64,000 bases of DNA from an uncultured Clostridia bacterium (GCA_934747775.1 CAKVHA010000002.1:6361-70360), one strand, 5' to 3'. Positions 28,158-37,777 are shown, counted from the stretch's first letter. The notes: generated from the sequence alone by a model not told the origin. Program-made: numbers and translations.

Positions 28158-28194
28158 ATTACTATCACCACTCCTTTCTTAAAACTTATTATAT

Positions 28195-28228
28195 CAAAAA
28201 AACAACTAAAAATCTAGTTGTTTTTTTT
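28195..28228. terminator. Rho-independent terminator downstream of the nucleoside phosphorylase gene
   Basis: ACAACTA, loop, TAGTTGT, flanked by an A-run and a T-run. Confidence 0.6.
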
Positions 28229-28271
28229 AAATTCAATAATTAATATTTTTTATTAGTCATTATTTTAAAAA

Positions 28272-29075
28272 CTATTTATTTTTTTCGTCAATATCTTTTG
28301 CTATTTCGTAAGCAAGTTCGGTCATAATCATTTTAAGATTTTTGCGATATTCCTTTGGAAACCTTTCCCAGCTATCGATGCCATTAACCGCATCGGAAAA
28401 ATACAAAAATTGTGCAAATCTTACGCCCAGTTTTTTAGCAACAACACACCACGTTGAGCACTCCATTTCCACAGCGATGCAACCTTCGGCGATACGTTGT
28501 TTTATAAGTTTTTTAGTTTCTCTATAAAATCCATCGGTTGTCCAAGTTTTGCCTACTTCATATCTAATGTTGTGGGTTTCAAACACTTTTTCTATACTTT
28601 CTGTCAAATTCTTATCGGTTTCTGCCAAAACATCAACTGGTGCATACTGATAACTTGCACCTTCGTCACGCACCGCACTTTCTACAACAAGCATTTTTGT
28701 ACTATCGAATGTGTGGTCAATTAATCCTGCCGAACCGCAAGCAATAAAGTTTTTTATACCAAGTGCGGCAATCTCTTCCATAGCGCCAGCTGCGTTTGGA
28801 CCACCAACAAATGGAACAGTAAATAAAATTCCATTTGAAGCATAAAGTGGGTGATAATCTTCACCACTGCAAAGCGATGCAATTATATCATATTCGTCAC
28901 GTTTTTTAAGCCAATCTTCTAGGTCGCCATAGTATGTTAGTACACAGGTTGTTATGTTGTGATCCTTTACATATTCGGGCGCGCTAACAAATCTATCGGA
29001 TGTTAATACACTCTTTTTAGCTGTTAAAAATGGCTTGTCGTCATAAAACTTATCGTCTATTAAAGGGTTTTTCAT
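28272..29075 (-). CDS. Nucleoside phosphorylase family protein (PNP/UDP-1 type)
   Basis: GGPNAAGAMEEIAALG and the EMECSTW block resemble the phosphate-binding and EME motifs of DeoD/Udp-type phosphorylases. The start overlaps the upstream gene's stop. Confidence 0.6.
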   Translation of the reverse strand: MKNPLIDDKFYDDKPFLTAKKSVLTSDRFVSAPEYVKDHNITTCVLTYYGDLEDWLKKRDEYDIIASLCSGEDYHPLYASNGILFTVPFVGGPNAAGAMEEIAALGIKNFIACGSAGLIDHTFDSTKMLVVESAVRDEGASYQYAPVDVLAETDKNLTESIEKVFETHNIRYEVGKTWTTDGFYRETKKLIKQRIAEGCIAVEMECSTWCVVAKKLGVRFAQFLYFSDAVNGIDSWERFPKEYRKNLKMIMTELAYEIAKDIDEKNK

Positions 29076-29851
29076 TAGTATTTTACCCCCTTGTCCAAGT
29101 TGTAAGTTTTAAACATAGGAATTTTGCCTAGGTTTGCAACTTGTTCTACTGGAATATTATATTTTTCCACAAAGTTTAGCCCACGCGGATTTTTGCCAAC
29201 ACGGTCGGAATAATGTGCGTCGCTATCTATTATAAACTTAACACCTGTGGCAATCATATCGCGCATTTGCTCATCGGAAAAGTTTATAACCTTACCGTTT
29301 AGCTCAATGTATGTGTTGTACTCTTTTGCAACTGCAGCAACCTTAACAGGGTCAACCAAACAGCCGTGAGTGTTAAGATGTGAAATAATATCTATTTGAT
29401 TTGTTTTTATTGCGTCTATATACATTTGGGTGTTGCGCTCAATTTGTTTTTTAGAGTGTCTGCCTATTCCTAGTACATTTGGAACCCAAAAATTAAAAAA
29501 CGCTTTTATATTTTTAGGGCGACCCAAATTGTGAAAACCCACAACCAAAATATCTACAATTTTGCGGTTTTCTGGTGGCAAATCAATAGTGCCTTTAAGG
29601 TCTTGCAAATTGCTTTCTAGCCCACACAAAATATCTATTTGACCAGCGTATTTTTTACGCAAACTTTCTATTTCCACACGCATTTCGTTGTACTCTTTTT
29701 TGTTTATGCCGTAAAACATTTGCGAAAAAGAATGTTCGGTTATGGCAATCTGTTTTAATCCGCGTTTTATTGCAACCTTAATGTTGTCTTCAACCGTTCC
29801 ATGTCCGTGAGTGTATATTGTGTGAGTATGATAATCTCCTAATAATACCAT
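29075..29851 (-). CDS. PHP-domain metal-dependent phosphoesterase (histidinol-phosphatase family)
   Basis: N-terminal GDYHTHT..HGHG metal-binding motif, and a late DSDAH motif. The probable start is ATG 29851, preceded by an AAAGGGGA RBS; the track's ATG 29875 lies upstream of that RBS. Confidence 0.7.
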   Translation of the reverse strand: MVLLGDYHTHTIYTHGHGTVEDNIKVAIKRGLKQIAITEHSFSQMFYGINKKEYNEMRVEIESLRKKYAGQIDILCGLESNLQDLKGTIDLPPENRKIVDILVVGFHNLGRPKNIKAFFNFWVPNVLGIGRHSKKQIERNTQMYIDAIKTNQIDIISHLNTHGCLVDPVKVAAVAKEYNTYIELNGKVINFSDEQMRDMIATGVKFIIDSDAHYSDRVGKNPRGLNFVEKYNIPVEQVANLGKIPMFKTYNLDKGVKY

Positions 29852-29877
29852 TTTTATCCCCTTTTGTTTGTGCAAAC

Positions 29878-30783
29878 CTATTCTACATAAATCACTTCGG
29901 TTTGCAAATCTATATTATAATCTTGTTTTATAATCTTTTTAATGTGGTCAATCAAATTTAAAACATCGTCGCTTGTAGCCGAGCCTGCGTTTACAATAAA
30001 GTTGGAGTGTTTTGGGCTGACCATTGCACCGCCAATTGCATAACCTTTTAAACCTGCATCTTCTATGAGTCTTGCCACAGACACGCCGTCTGGATTTTTA
30101 AACACACAGCCTGCACTTGGCTGGTTTAGCGGCTGACGTGACGCCCTTAGCTCTTTTATTTGCGCCATATGCTCTAAAATTTCGCTTTTTTTGCCCTTTT
30201 TAAGCTTAAACTCCACTTTTAACACAATAATGTTTGGATCTTGAAAAATGCTTTTTCGATAACCAAAACCACATTCTGATGCGGTAAACATTGTGATTTT
30301 GCCGTTTTTTATGGCAACCACCGATGTTACCAGGTTTTCCATTTTAAACCCATAGGCGCTGGCGTTCATAACAAGCGCACCTGCCACCGATCCTGGAATG
30401 CCAAAGGCGTCTTCCAATCCGCTTAGCCCAAGCTCGCCAGCTCTGTACGCAAGAGCACTAAGCCCAAGCCCTGCGCTAGCAATTAGCGTTGTACCAAACT
30501 CGTCTAGGTGGCTATACTTTGCACCCAGCCTAACAACAACGCCGTCATATCCGCCGCTACTAAAAAGCAAGTTGGTACAATTGCCCACCACCATATATTT
30601 AATTTGTTTTTCGTTTAAAAAGGTTATAATTCTAACTATTTCTTCCAAGCTTTCTGGTTCTACCCATATTTTACATTTGCCGCCTATTTTAAAAGAGCTA
30701 AATTCTTTTAAATTTACATTTTTTAAAACAAGCCCACACATTTTTTTAAGTTTAGAAAAAACAAAATTAAAATTACTATTCAT
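29878..30783 (-). CDS. murB: UDP-N-acetylenolpyruvoylglucosamine reductase
   Basis: FKIGGKC, VGNCTNLLF, IPGSVAGALVMNASAYG and PSAGCVFKNP blocks are typical of MurB. 301 aa. Confidence 0.9.
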   Translation of the reverse strand: MNSNFNFVFSKLKKMCGLVLKNVNLKEFSSFKIGGKCKIWVEPESLEEIVRIITFLNEKQIKYMVVGNCTNLLFSSGGYDGVVVRLGAKYSHLDEFGTTLIASAGLGLSALAYRAGELGLSGLEDAFGIPGSVAGALVMNASAYGFKMENLVTSVVAIKNGKITMFTASECGFGYRKSIFQDPNIIVLKVEFKLKKGKKSEILEHMAQIKELRASRQPLNQPSAGCVFKNPDGVSVARLIEDAGLKGYAIGGAMVSPKHSNFIVNAGSATSDDVLNLIDHIKKIIKQDYNIDLQTEVIYVE

Positions 30784-30850
30784 ATTTTACCTTAAATTAA
30801 ATTTTTTTTCAATTAATTAGTAAATATATATTCAATTTAAGATAAATAGT

Positions 30851-32653
30851 TTAATTATTTTCAAAAAAATCCTTAATATTTATCGCTTGAGTTTTTGTAA
30901 TTCCGTTTATGCTCATTAATTCTACTAATGATGCAGATGCAATTTTATCGTAACTTTTAAAGTAATCGTACAAGGTTTTTACTGTTGCTTCGCCCACGCC
31001 TTTAATGCTTAAAAGTCGCGATTTTAGCGTGTTTTTGTCACGCGTTTTGCGGTGGAAAGTTATTGCAAAACGGTGACTTTCGTCACGCACATTTTGCAAA
31101 AGTTTTAAGGCATAATTGTTTCGCGACAATATGTGTGGCTCGCTTTCGTGCGGTTTAAAAATTTCTTCTTCGCGCTTTGCTAGCGACACCATATCCACAT
31201 CAAACCCCATACTGGTTATAACTTCGTATGCGTAGCCCAGCTGCCCTTTACCGCCGTCTATTAAAATAAGGTCGGGCTTACTACTAAAACTAACATCACT
31301 GGTTTCCTTATTGTACTCGGTCACGCGGCGAGTTAGTATTTGCTTCATACACTCAAAGTCGTTTGGCTTATCTATATCTATTTTAAACTTTCTATAGTGG
31401 CTTTTAAGCGGTTCGCCATTTACAAACACAACCATACTAGCCACCGTATTTGTGCCACTAATATGCGAAATATCATAACCTTCTATGCGATATGGCAAAC
31501 GCCTTAACCCCAGCTGCTCTTTTAATGTTTTCATTGCACCCATAGTTTTCAACTCGTGCAATTTATCGCTGGAAATACTTTTTTCTAGGTCTTGTTTTGC
31601 ATTTAGGTTGGCTAGGTCTAAAAGTTTTCTAAACTTGCCTTTTTGTGCATAAACCCACTCCACTTTTTGACCTTTTTCTTGCGATAGCCAAGTTTGCAAC
31701 GGGTCGCTTTCAAAAAAGCTGACCACGTTTTTTGGAATAACATTACTGGCGTAATACTGCGGAACAAAAGTTTCAACCGATGCTGCTCCGTCGTCGATGC
31801 CAATAACGTTGTAATTGTTAAGCCCCACCATTTTACCTCCACGAACAACTAGCACAGATATAACCGCACTGCTGCCATTAGAGCAAAATCCAAACACGTC
31901 CACGTCCATAATTGTGCTAAGATTTGCAACTTGCTGGGCATTTATGTTTTCAATAAGCTTTAAATACTGCTTGTACTGAATTGCGCGTTCAAACTGTTCA
32001 AACTGCGCACACTTCATCATTTTATCGGTTAATATTTTTTTAGCTTCGCCCAAATTGCCTTTTAAAAAGTCAATAACTTTTCTAACTTCGGCATCGTACT
32101 CTTCTTTAGTAACCCTGCCAGTGCAAGGTGCAAGACAAGTGCCCATTTCATAATTCAAACATTCGCGTTTTCTGTTTAGCGTGTTGCAATCCCTAAGCTT
32201 GAATGTGCTGTTTATAATGTTGTATAAATCTGTGGCTCTAATGTTGTTGAAAAATGGGCCAAAATACAGAGATTTATCTTTTCTAACGCGACGTGTAATT
32301 TCAATTTTTGGAAACTTTTCGTTTGGATTAATTTTAATGTATGGAAAAGCCTTGCCGTCTTTAAGCAAGATGTTGTAAAACGGCTGAAAAGTGTGTATTA
32401 GGTTGCTTTCCAAGTTAAGCGCTTCAAACTCGCTAGTGACCACAATATAGTCAAAATCGTAAATGTTTTTAACCATTTGCATAACTTTTTCGGGTTTTTG
32501 AGTGTTTACAAAATAGCTGCTAACTCGGTTTTTTAGGTTTTTTGCTTTGCCGATGTAAATAATGTTGCCTTGGGCGTCAAACATTTTGTACACCCCTGGC
32601 ACAAGCGGCAATTTTTTAACCTTATCTTTTAAATAATCAATTCGCGTGTTCAT
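30851..32653 (-). CDS. uvrC: Excinuclease ABC subunit C
   Basis: GIY-YIG block PGVYKMFDAQGNIIYIGKAKNLKNRVSSYF and a C-terminal (HhH)2 region. The start was chosen at the second ATG (MNTRIDYLKDK..) because its N-terminal spacing matches known UvrC; the start remains uncertain. Confidence 0.9.
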   Translation of the reverse strand: MNTRIDYLKDKVKKLPLVPGVYKMFDAQGNIIYIGKAKNLKNRVSSYFVNTQKPEKVMQMVKNIYDFDYIVVTSEFEALNLESNLIHTFQPFYNILLKDGKAFPYIKINPNEKFPKIEITRRVRKDKSLYFGPFFNNIRATDLYNIINSTFKLRDCNTLNRKRECLNYEMGTCLAPCTGRVTKEEYDAEVRKVIDFLKGNLGEAKKILTDKMMKCAQFEQFERAIQYKQYLKLIENINAQQVANLSTIMDVDVFGFCSNGSSAVISVLVVRGGKMVGLNNYNVIGIDDGAASVETFVPQYYASNVIPKNVVSFFESDPLQTWLSQEKGQKVEWVYAQKGKFRKLLDLANLNAKQDLEKSISSDKLHELKTMGAMKTLKEQLGLRRLPYRIEGYDISHISGTNTVASMVVFVNGEPLKSHYRKFKIDIDKPNDFECMKQILTRRVTEYNKETSDVSFSSKPDLILIDGGKGQLGYAYEVITSMGFDVDMVSLAKREEEIFKPHESEPHILSRNNYALKLLQNVRDESHRFAITFHRKTRDKNTLKSRLLSIKGVGEATVKTLYDYFKSYDKIASASLVELMSINGITKTQAINIKDFFENN

Positions 32654-32710
32654 ACTTAAATTATAATGCAAAACTTAAAAAAGTAAAAGGGTTTTTTAGA
32701 ATTTTAGGTA

Positions 32711-32739
32711 TTGAAAACTTTAGCAGTATATGATATAAT
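32711..32739 (+). promoter_or_regulatory. Sigma-A-type promoter for the tandem orphan paralogs
   Basis: TTGAAA (32711-32716), 17 nt spacer, TATAAT (32734-32739), about 29 nt upstream of ATG 32768. Confidence 0.5.
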
Positions 32740-32767
32740 CTTTTAAATCAATTTAGAAGGGAAAATA

Positions 32768-34003
32768 ATGAGCGAAATTATAGATTTTTTTAAAGCAAAA
32801 GAAAAATACGGAAAGAAAAATAAAGAAAACGAGCCTGCATTAGAGCCCACAACAAGCAAAAGCAGCAAACTTATTAGTTTTAACGCCATTGAAAATGAAA
32901 AGACAAAAAATGAAATTGGAAAATTTTCGGACAAAGATGAGCTTAGAGAAAATATTTCAAGCCTTATTCTTAAATCAACTTGCGATAAAATTGCATTGTA
33001 TTTTGACACAATAAAACCAGCAAACCCAAACGAAGATATAGATGAATTTATGGCTTCTAAAAGTGGCGACGACATTGTAAAAGGCGCTCTTGTTATGATG
33101 AACCTAGCTCACGCCTGCCCACAACTTAACAGCATTTTTATAAGCACCGATGCCATTTTTGACAACGCAATGGAAGCAAAGCTAGGCAAAGACGCAGCAA
33201 GCATAGTTATGGATGAAAAGATTAACCAAAAGGCCGACGAAGTTATTTTCAAGTTTGAAAAGCAAGGCAAATATGAACATATTGTAAACGATATTTTTGG
33301 CGATGCAGACAGAATGATTTCCATTTGGGAAAACTGCACCGACGAGAAAAAGCTAATTGAAGAACTTGAAGCAGCTCAAAACATTGTAACCGAAGCCGCA
33401 AAACAAGACCTGACAAGCGAAGAAAGCTATTTAGTTTTAAGCAAAATGTTAGGAAGTTGTCTTGAAAATATTGCGTACACCGAGCGAATTGCATACAGAC
33501 AAGCTGGCGGCAAAAAGCCAATTAGCGAAGAAGACTTTGAAGTTTATTCACACCAATCTATTCCTATGAAAAAAGCAACAATTATGGGGTTAATTAAACA
33601 ATTTGGCAAAAACGACGAAGTACTAAACAAAAGCAATCCAGAATTAAAAGCCGACACTTTAAGTATGTTGCATCCATTTTTAAATCGTTGCAATTCTTGC
33701 GTTAAAAATAAATTTTTTGTAGATACCTATGAACTTGAAACCGACTTTTTATACAACATTGTAAAGCACGCACCACACCAACTAACTGCATTTGGACAGT
33801 TCTTGGCTGAAAACAACATTCAACTTCCGCTTAACATTCAAAAAATGTACACATATATGCCAGCCATAACAAAAGAATTTGATGACAAATTCATAAACAA
33901 GATTTTTGCAATAGAAAATGGCGGCTCGCTACTTAGAAGCGGAACGTTTAATCCTAAAAAATATCGCAAAGAACACGGAATTGTTTTTAAAGAAATCGAG
34001 TAA
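32768..34003 (+). CDS. Hypothetical cytoplasmic protein, orphan paralog 1
   Basis: 411 aa, acidic, helix-rich, with no signal peptide or TM segment. Shares the block NIVKHAPHQLTAFGQFLAENNIQLPLNIQKMYTYMPAI with the downstream gene. GAAGGGA RBS. Confidence 0.7.
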   Translation: MSEIIDFFKAKEKYGKKNKENEPALEPTTSKSSKLISFNAIENEKTKNEIGKFSDKDELRENISSLILKSTCDKIALYFDTIKPANPNEDIDEFMASKSGDDIVKGALVMMNLAHACPQLNSIFISTDAIFDNAMEAKLGKDAASIVMDEKINQKADEVIFKFEKQGKYEHIVNDIFGDADRMISIWENCTDEKKLIEELEAAQNIVTEAAKQDLTSEESYLVLSKMLGSCLENIAYTERIAYRQAGGKKPISEEDFEVYSHQSIPMKKATIMGLIKQFGKNDEVLNKSNPELKADTLSMLHPFLNRCNSCVKNKFFVDTYELETDFLYNIVKHAPHQLTAFGQFLAENNIQLPLNIQKMYTYMPAITKEFDDKFINKIFAIENGGSLLRSGTFNPKKYRKEHGIVFKEIE

Positions 34004-34018
34004 TAAAAGGAAGAAAAT

Positions 34019-35278
34019 ATGGATGATATCATAAACTACATAACCTACGAAAAGGCAAAGCATAATGCAGACATTATTAAAGATGAAGAGAGTTCGGATT
34101 TAGCAAAAGCCAGAATACTAACCAACTCCGATAAAGTTAAAGACTTGTTTTTTTATATGATTCTAAACAATATAGAACACCAAGCCACAGCCGACCGCAC
34201 TATGGCATTAAAAGGTATTATTGACAACAAAATTCCTAATGTTAAAAACAGGGCCATTAATGAATTAACCAAAACAAAAGCCGCTTTAGAAGAATTTAAT
34301 GTTGTTGATTTGGATTTTTATGAGTATTTTGCTGACGAGATTAATCGATGCGAAAGCTTTTTACAGGAACTAATAGAACAAATTAACACAACATATTTTA
34401 GAAACACAACCGCAAGTCTGCAAGAAGCACTAAACGCTGCTGATGTAAATGCAACCGCTGAAAGAGCTTATTTAAAACTTATAACCTGCGCCGACAAAGA
34501 TATATATAATAATTTGTTTAATTGTATCATTGCCGACATGGGCAATATTGGATACGCATTAAGTAAAGATTATTTAGAAATAACCGAAAATGCCGAAATG
34601 TTAAAAGGCACTTTACAAAACCTAGGAATGAAATGCGATGACGAAACAGTATATTTAACCTACTACAAAATGGCAGTTAGATCACTAGAAAGTGTTTTGT
34701 TTGCTGGCAGGTTCTACGATTATTTTACCGATGCTCTTGAAGAAAGAAACAAGGGCGAACATATGATATACTATTTTGATCGCAATAATGTTTTAAAACT
34801 TATTAAAGACTTCAACAAAAATGATAGGAACTTTTCTGATAAAAACAATACTCCTTGTCAATTGTTTAGTAACAGCTTAAAACACATTAAAGAGCGTATT
34901 GCCATAAGTGACGATAAAACACACGAAGTATTAATAGATAGTAAGGAACTTGAAGATGTTATGTATGATATTGTAAACCAAGCTCCACACCAACTAGAAA
35001 CTTTTGCACAATTTTTAGCTGATGAAAAATTACCTTTACCTCTTGCTCCCGATAGATTGTATCTTTATGTACACGCAATTGCCGAATCCAACATAGACAA
35101 AGATGTTGCAGCTGCCGCTTTTTCACAAGAGCACGTTGGAACATTTCCAGACATCGATAAGTACCGCAAATTAAAAGGAATAAAACGAAATTCTGCCGCT
35201 CCAGTTGAACCTAAAAAATGCTCAAACAACAACATTTTACAGTTTGAACAAATTATACAACATTACCCTAGCAAATAA
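34019..35278 (+). CDS. Hypothetical cytoplasmic protein, orphan paralog 2
   Basis: 419 aa. DIVNQAPHQLETFAQFLADEKLPLPLAPDRLYLYVHAI aligns with paralog 1. The N-terminus (DDIINYITYEKAKH vs SEIIDFFKAKEKYG) and the C-terminal KYRK block are also similar. It lies 15 nt downstream of paralog 1 with an AAGGAAGA RBS. Confidence 0.7.
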   Translation: MDDIINYITYEKAKHNADIIKDEESSDLAKARILTNSDKVKDLFFYMILNNIEHQATADRTMALKGIIDNKIPNVKNRAINELTKTKAALEEFNVVDLDFYEYFADEINRCESFLQELIEQINTTYFRNTTASLQEALNAADVNATAERAYLKLITCADKDIYNNLFNCIIADMGNIGYALSKDYLEITENAEMLKGTLQNLGMKCDDETVYLTYYKMAVRSLESVLFAGRFYDYFTDALEERNKGEHMIYYFDRNNVLKLIKDFNKNDRNFSDKNNTPCQLFSNSLKHIKERIAISDDKTHEVLIDSKELEDVMYDIVNQAPHQLETFAQFLADEKLPLPLAPDRLYLYVHAIAESNIDKDVAAAAFSQEHVGTFPDIDKYRKLKGIKRNSAAPVEPKKCSNNNILQFEQIIQHYPSK

Positions 35279-35601
35279 TCTACACCACTTAGCATAATGT
35301 CGTTTATGGCAGGACACGAAAGGCTATAGTACATAATTTTGCCGTTGCGCCTATACTCCACCGCACCGCATTGTTTTAAAAATCTTAGCTGATGACTAAC
35401 GGTGGTCTGGTTTAGTTTTAACATAACCGAAAGATCATTTACGCACATACTTGTAATGCAAAGTGCTGTAAGTATTTTAATGCGGGTTATATCCGAAAAT
35501 ATATCAAAAAAACTAGCTAGTTTTTGCAATGTTTGATCGGTGGGTAAGTACTTTATTACGTCGTTTTGGGTTTTTGGATTTAAAACCAATATTTTAGCCA
35601 T
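35263..35601 (-). CDS. ArsR/SmtB-family transcriptional regulator
   Basis: Winged-HTH block FSDITRIKILTALCITSMCVNDLSVMLKLNQTTVSHQLRFLKQCGAV is typical of ArsR. Start at ATG 35601 with an AAGGAGAG RBS. The 3' end overlaps the convergent paralog 2 by 16 nt. Confidence 0.8.
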   Translation of the reverse strand: MAKILVLNPKTQNDVIKYLPTDQTLQKLASFFDIFSDITRIKILTALCITSMCVNDLSVMLKLNQTTVSHQLRFLKQCGAVEYRRNGKIMYYSLSCPAINDIMLSGVDYLLG

Positions 35602-35617
35602 TACTTCTCTCCTTAAC

Positions 35618-35634
35618 TTACAATTTAATTGTAA
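35618..35634. promoter_or_regulatory. Candidate ArsR operator (perfect inverted repeat)
   Basis: TTACAA-tttaa-TTGTAA, in the divergent spacer between the ArsR gene and the Cys-rich peptide gene. Confidence 0.35.
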
Positions 35635-35716
35635 CAAAATTTGTGACAAATTAACAAAAAAAATTTTTGTATCATAATAGTTATTAATTAATTAATTTGT
35701 AAATTTAGGGGGAAAT

Positions 35717-35917
35717 ATGAATTTTACAAACGACGTTTTGCTTGTGCTGTTGCTATCCATTCTTACTAGCACCGATGGCGAACTAGCAAACAATCAAAAC
35801 TTTTTGTTGTTGTTACTTTTAGTTTTATCCACCGATAGTAGCAACAACCTAAACAACAACTCAGGCTGTTGTTGCGGAAGCTACAGCCGCTGCCGCTGCC
35901 GCGGATTATTTAACTAA
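35717..35917 (+). CDS. Small Leu-rich peptide (66 aa) with a C-terminal cysteine cluster
   Basis: Strong AGGGGGA RBS 5 nt before the ATG and an immediate hairpin terminator. The sequence has two internal half-repeats (VLLVLLLSILTSTDGE / FLLLLLLVLSTDSSN) and ends GCCCGSYSRCRCRGLFN. Confidence 0.6.
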   Translation: MNFTNDVLLVLLLSILTSTDGELANNQNFLLLLLLVLSTDSSNNLNNNSGCCCGSYSRCRCRGLFN

Positions 35918-35950
35918 AAAAAACACTATCAAAATTGATAGTGTTTTTTT
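35916..35950. terminator. Bidirectional rho-independent terminator
   Basis: An A-run, then CACTATCA-aaat-TGATAGTG, then T7. Shared by the peptide gene and the convergent GNAT gene. Confidence 0.8.
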
Positions 35951-36620
35951 AATTGCCAACAACCCTTCCCCACGTACAAATTGTAATAAAGCCCATTTTT
36001 TCGTACATATTTTTAGCTATAGGATTGCAAACAAACAAGTAAACTTCGCCAGCCTCTTCGTGCAAAACTTTTTCTAACGCAATTTTGCCAAAACCTTTGC
36101 CGCGATACTTTTGTGCCGTAGCCACGCCGCCAATAATTACTTTATTATTAACAAAGTTTGCTCGTGCAGTGCCACAAGGTTGGCCATTTAATCTAAAAAG
36201 TGCAATTAAAGTTTTTTTGTTTTTGCAGTCATCAAACAATATATTTACATCTTCATTATCCGCAATTCCCGCTTCTTTACAAATGTTGCTTGCATCGGAT
36301 ATGTCTTTAATATTGTTACAAACAATCGCAGAATTATCGCTATAACTTTTATTTGTGTACATTAGTTCGCCTAGCTCAATTTTGTTTGCAGCAATGCCAA
36401 GTTTTATTAGCGACTGATAGTCACCGCAAATATTTTTTATTGATTTTATTTTTTTAATGTCGTCCGATGTAAAATCTTTTTTGTTGTTAACATACACAAC
36501 AATTTTATCACCCATTTTTACTGCCAAAGACTCGTTTCTTTCAATAACGTTTTCCGCAAAAGGGACGTCACTTAAAACAAATTTTTTACACAAGTTGTCA
36601 ATTCTTGGCACTATATTCAT
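35949..36620 (-). CDS. GNAT-family N-acetyltransferase with an N-terminal domain of unknown function
   Basis: The acetyl-CoA motif A (VATAQKYRGKGFGKIALEKVL) sits in the C-terminal half. 223 aa. Confidence 0.65.
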   Translation of the reverse strand: MNIVPRIDNLCKKFVLSDVPFAENVIERNESLAVKMGDKIVVYVNNKKDFTSDDIKKIKSIKNICGDYQSLIKLGIAANKIELGELMYTNKSYSDNSAIVCNNIKDISDASNICKEAGIADNEDVNILFDDCKNKKTLIALFRLNGQPCGTARANFVNNKVIIGGVATAQKYRGKGFGKIALEKVLHEEAGEVYLFVCNPIAKNMYEKMGFITICTWGRVVGN

Positions 36621-36700
36621 AAAAAGCTCCTTTATGCTACAAATTTAAAAAATGGCTGAAAAACTTTAGCATAGTTTCCCAACCATAAATAATATTAGTG

Positions 36701-37777
36701 TTAATCTTGCTTGTTTTCTTCTAAAAGTTCTTTTTGATGGGCAATTGTAAGGTTGTCTATTAAATCGTCTAAATCGCCATTTAAAAAGCCTTCTAGGTTG
36801 TAAACAGTGTAGTTTATGCGATGGTCTGTAAGGCGGCTTTGTGGGTAGTTGTAGGTTCTAATACGCTCGCTGCGGTCGCCAGTTCCCACTTGATTGCGGC
36901 GATTGTTTGCATATTCTTCGTCCGCTTGCATTTTAAAGTGGTCATAAAGTTTGCTTTTTAAAATAACCATTGCTTTTTCTTTGTTTTTAAGCTGGCTGCG
37001 TTCGTCTTGGCACGCAACAACTATGCCTGTAGGCAAGTGAGTAATACGCACGGCACTATCGGTAGTGTTAACATGTTGACCACCTGCTCCGCCGCTGCGA
37101 TAAACATCTATTTTAAGGTCTTTTTCATTAATTTCAATATCCACATCAACTTGTTCGGGAAGTACCGCTACTGTGGCTGTACTGGTGTGAATACGCCCGC
37201 TGGCTTCGGTTTCGGGAACGCGTTGAACACGATGAACACCGCTTTCGTATTTTAGCCTAGAATACACGCCTTTACCCTTAATTAAAAACGAGCACTCCTT
37301 AATTCCGCCAAGTTCTGTTTCGTTCATATCCAAAACTTCCACTTTCCAACGATTGCGGTCGGCATACATATTGTACATTCTAAACAACACAGCGCCAAAA
37401 AGACACGATTCCTCGCCACCAGCACCACCACGAATTTCCATAATAACGTTTTTGTCGTCGTTTTCATCTTTAGGCAAAAGCATAACTTTAAGTTCTTCTT
37501 CGGCTGCGGCAAGTTTCTTTTCGCAATCTAAAATGTCCGCTTCTGCTAGTTCCTTCATTTCGGGGTCGGTTTCAGTTTTTAACAACTCTTTAGAGTCGTC
37601 CAAATTCTTTTTAACTTGAAGATAATTGTCGTAAGCTTCCACAACAGGTTGAAGATTAGAATACTCCTTGGTTAGTTCGCGATATAGTTTGTTATCGGAA
37701 ATAACTTCAGGATCCATAATTCGTGCTGAAACTTCAATGTATTTTTCTTTAATTTTATCTAATTTATCTACTAACAT
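36701..37777 (-). CDS. prfA: Peptide chain release factor 1
   Basis: GGQ motif (SGGAGGQHVNTTDSAVRITHLPTG) and a P-x-T-type anticodon tripeptide (QRVPETE). 358 aa. Confidence 0.95.
   Translation of the reverse strand: MLVDKLDKIKEKYIEVSARIMDPEVISDNKLYRELTKEYSNLQPVVEAYDNYLQVKKNLDDSKELLKTETDPEMKELAEADILDCEKKLAAAEEELKVMLLPKDENDDKNVIMEIRGGAGGEESCLFGAVLFRMYNMYADRNRWKVEVLDMNETELGGIKECSFLIKGKGVYSRLKYESGVHRVQRVPETEASGRIHTSTATVAVLPEQVDVDIEINEKDLKIDVYRSGGAGGQHVNTTDSAVRITHLPTGIVVACQDERSQLKNKEKAMVILKSKLYDHFKMQADEEYANNRRNQVGTGDRSERIRTYNYPQSRLTDHRINYTVYNLEGFLNGDLDDLIDNLTIAHQKELLEENKQD

Noticed and set aside
35717-35917. Annotating the Cys-rich 66-aa peptide as a RiPP/bacteriocin precursor
   Set aside because: No cyclodehydratase, LanM/LanB, radical-SAM or ABC exporter/peptidase gene lies in the neighbourhood. 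The only neighbours are the ArsR regulator and a convergent GNAT. It is kept as an open hypothesis in the findings, not as an annotation.
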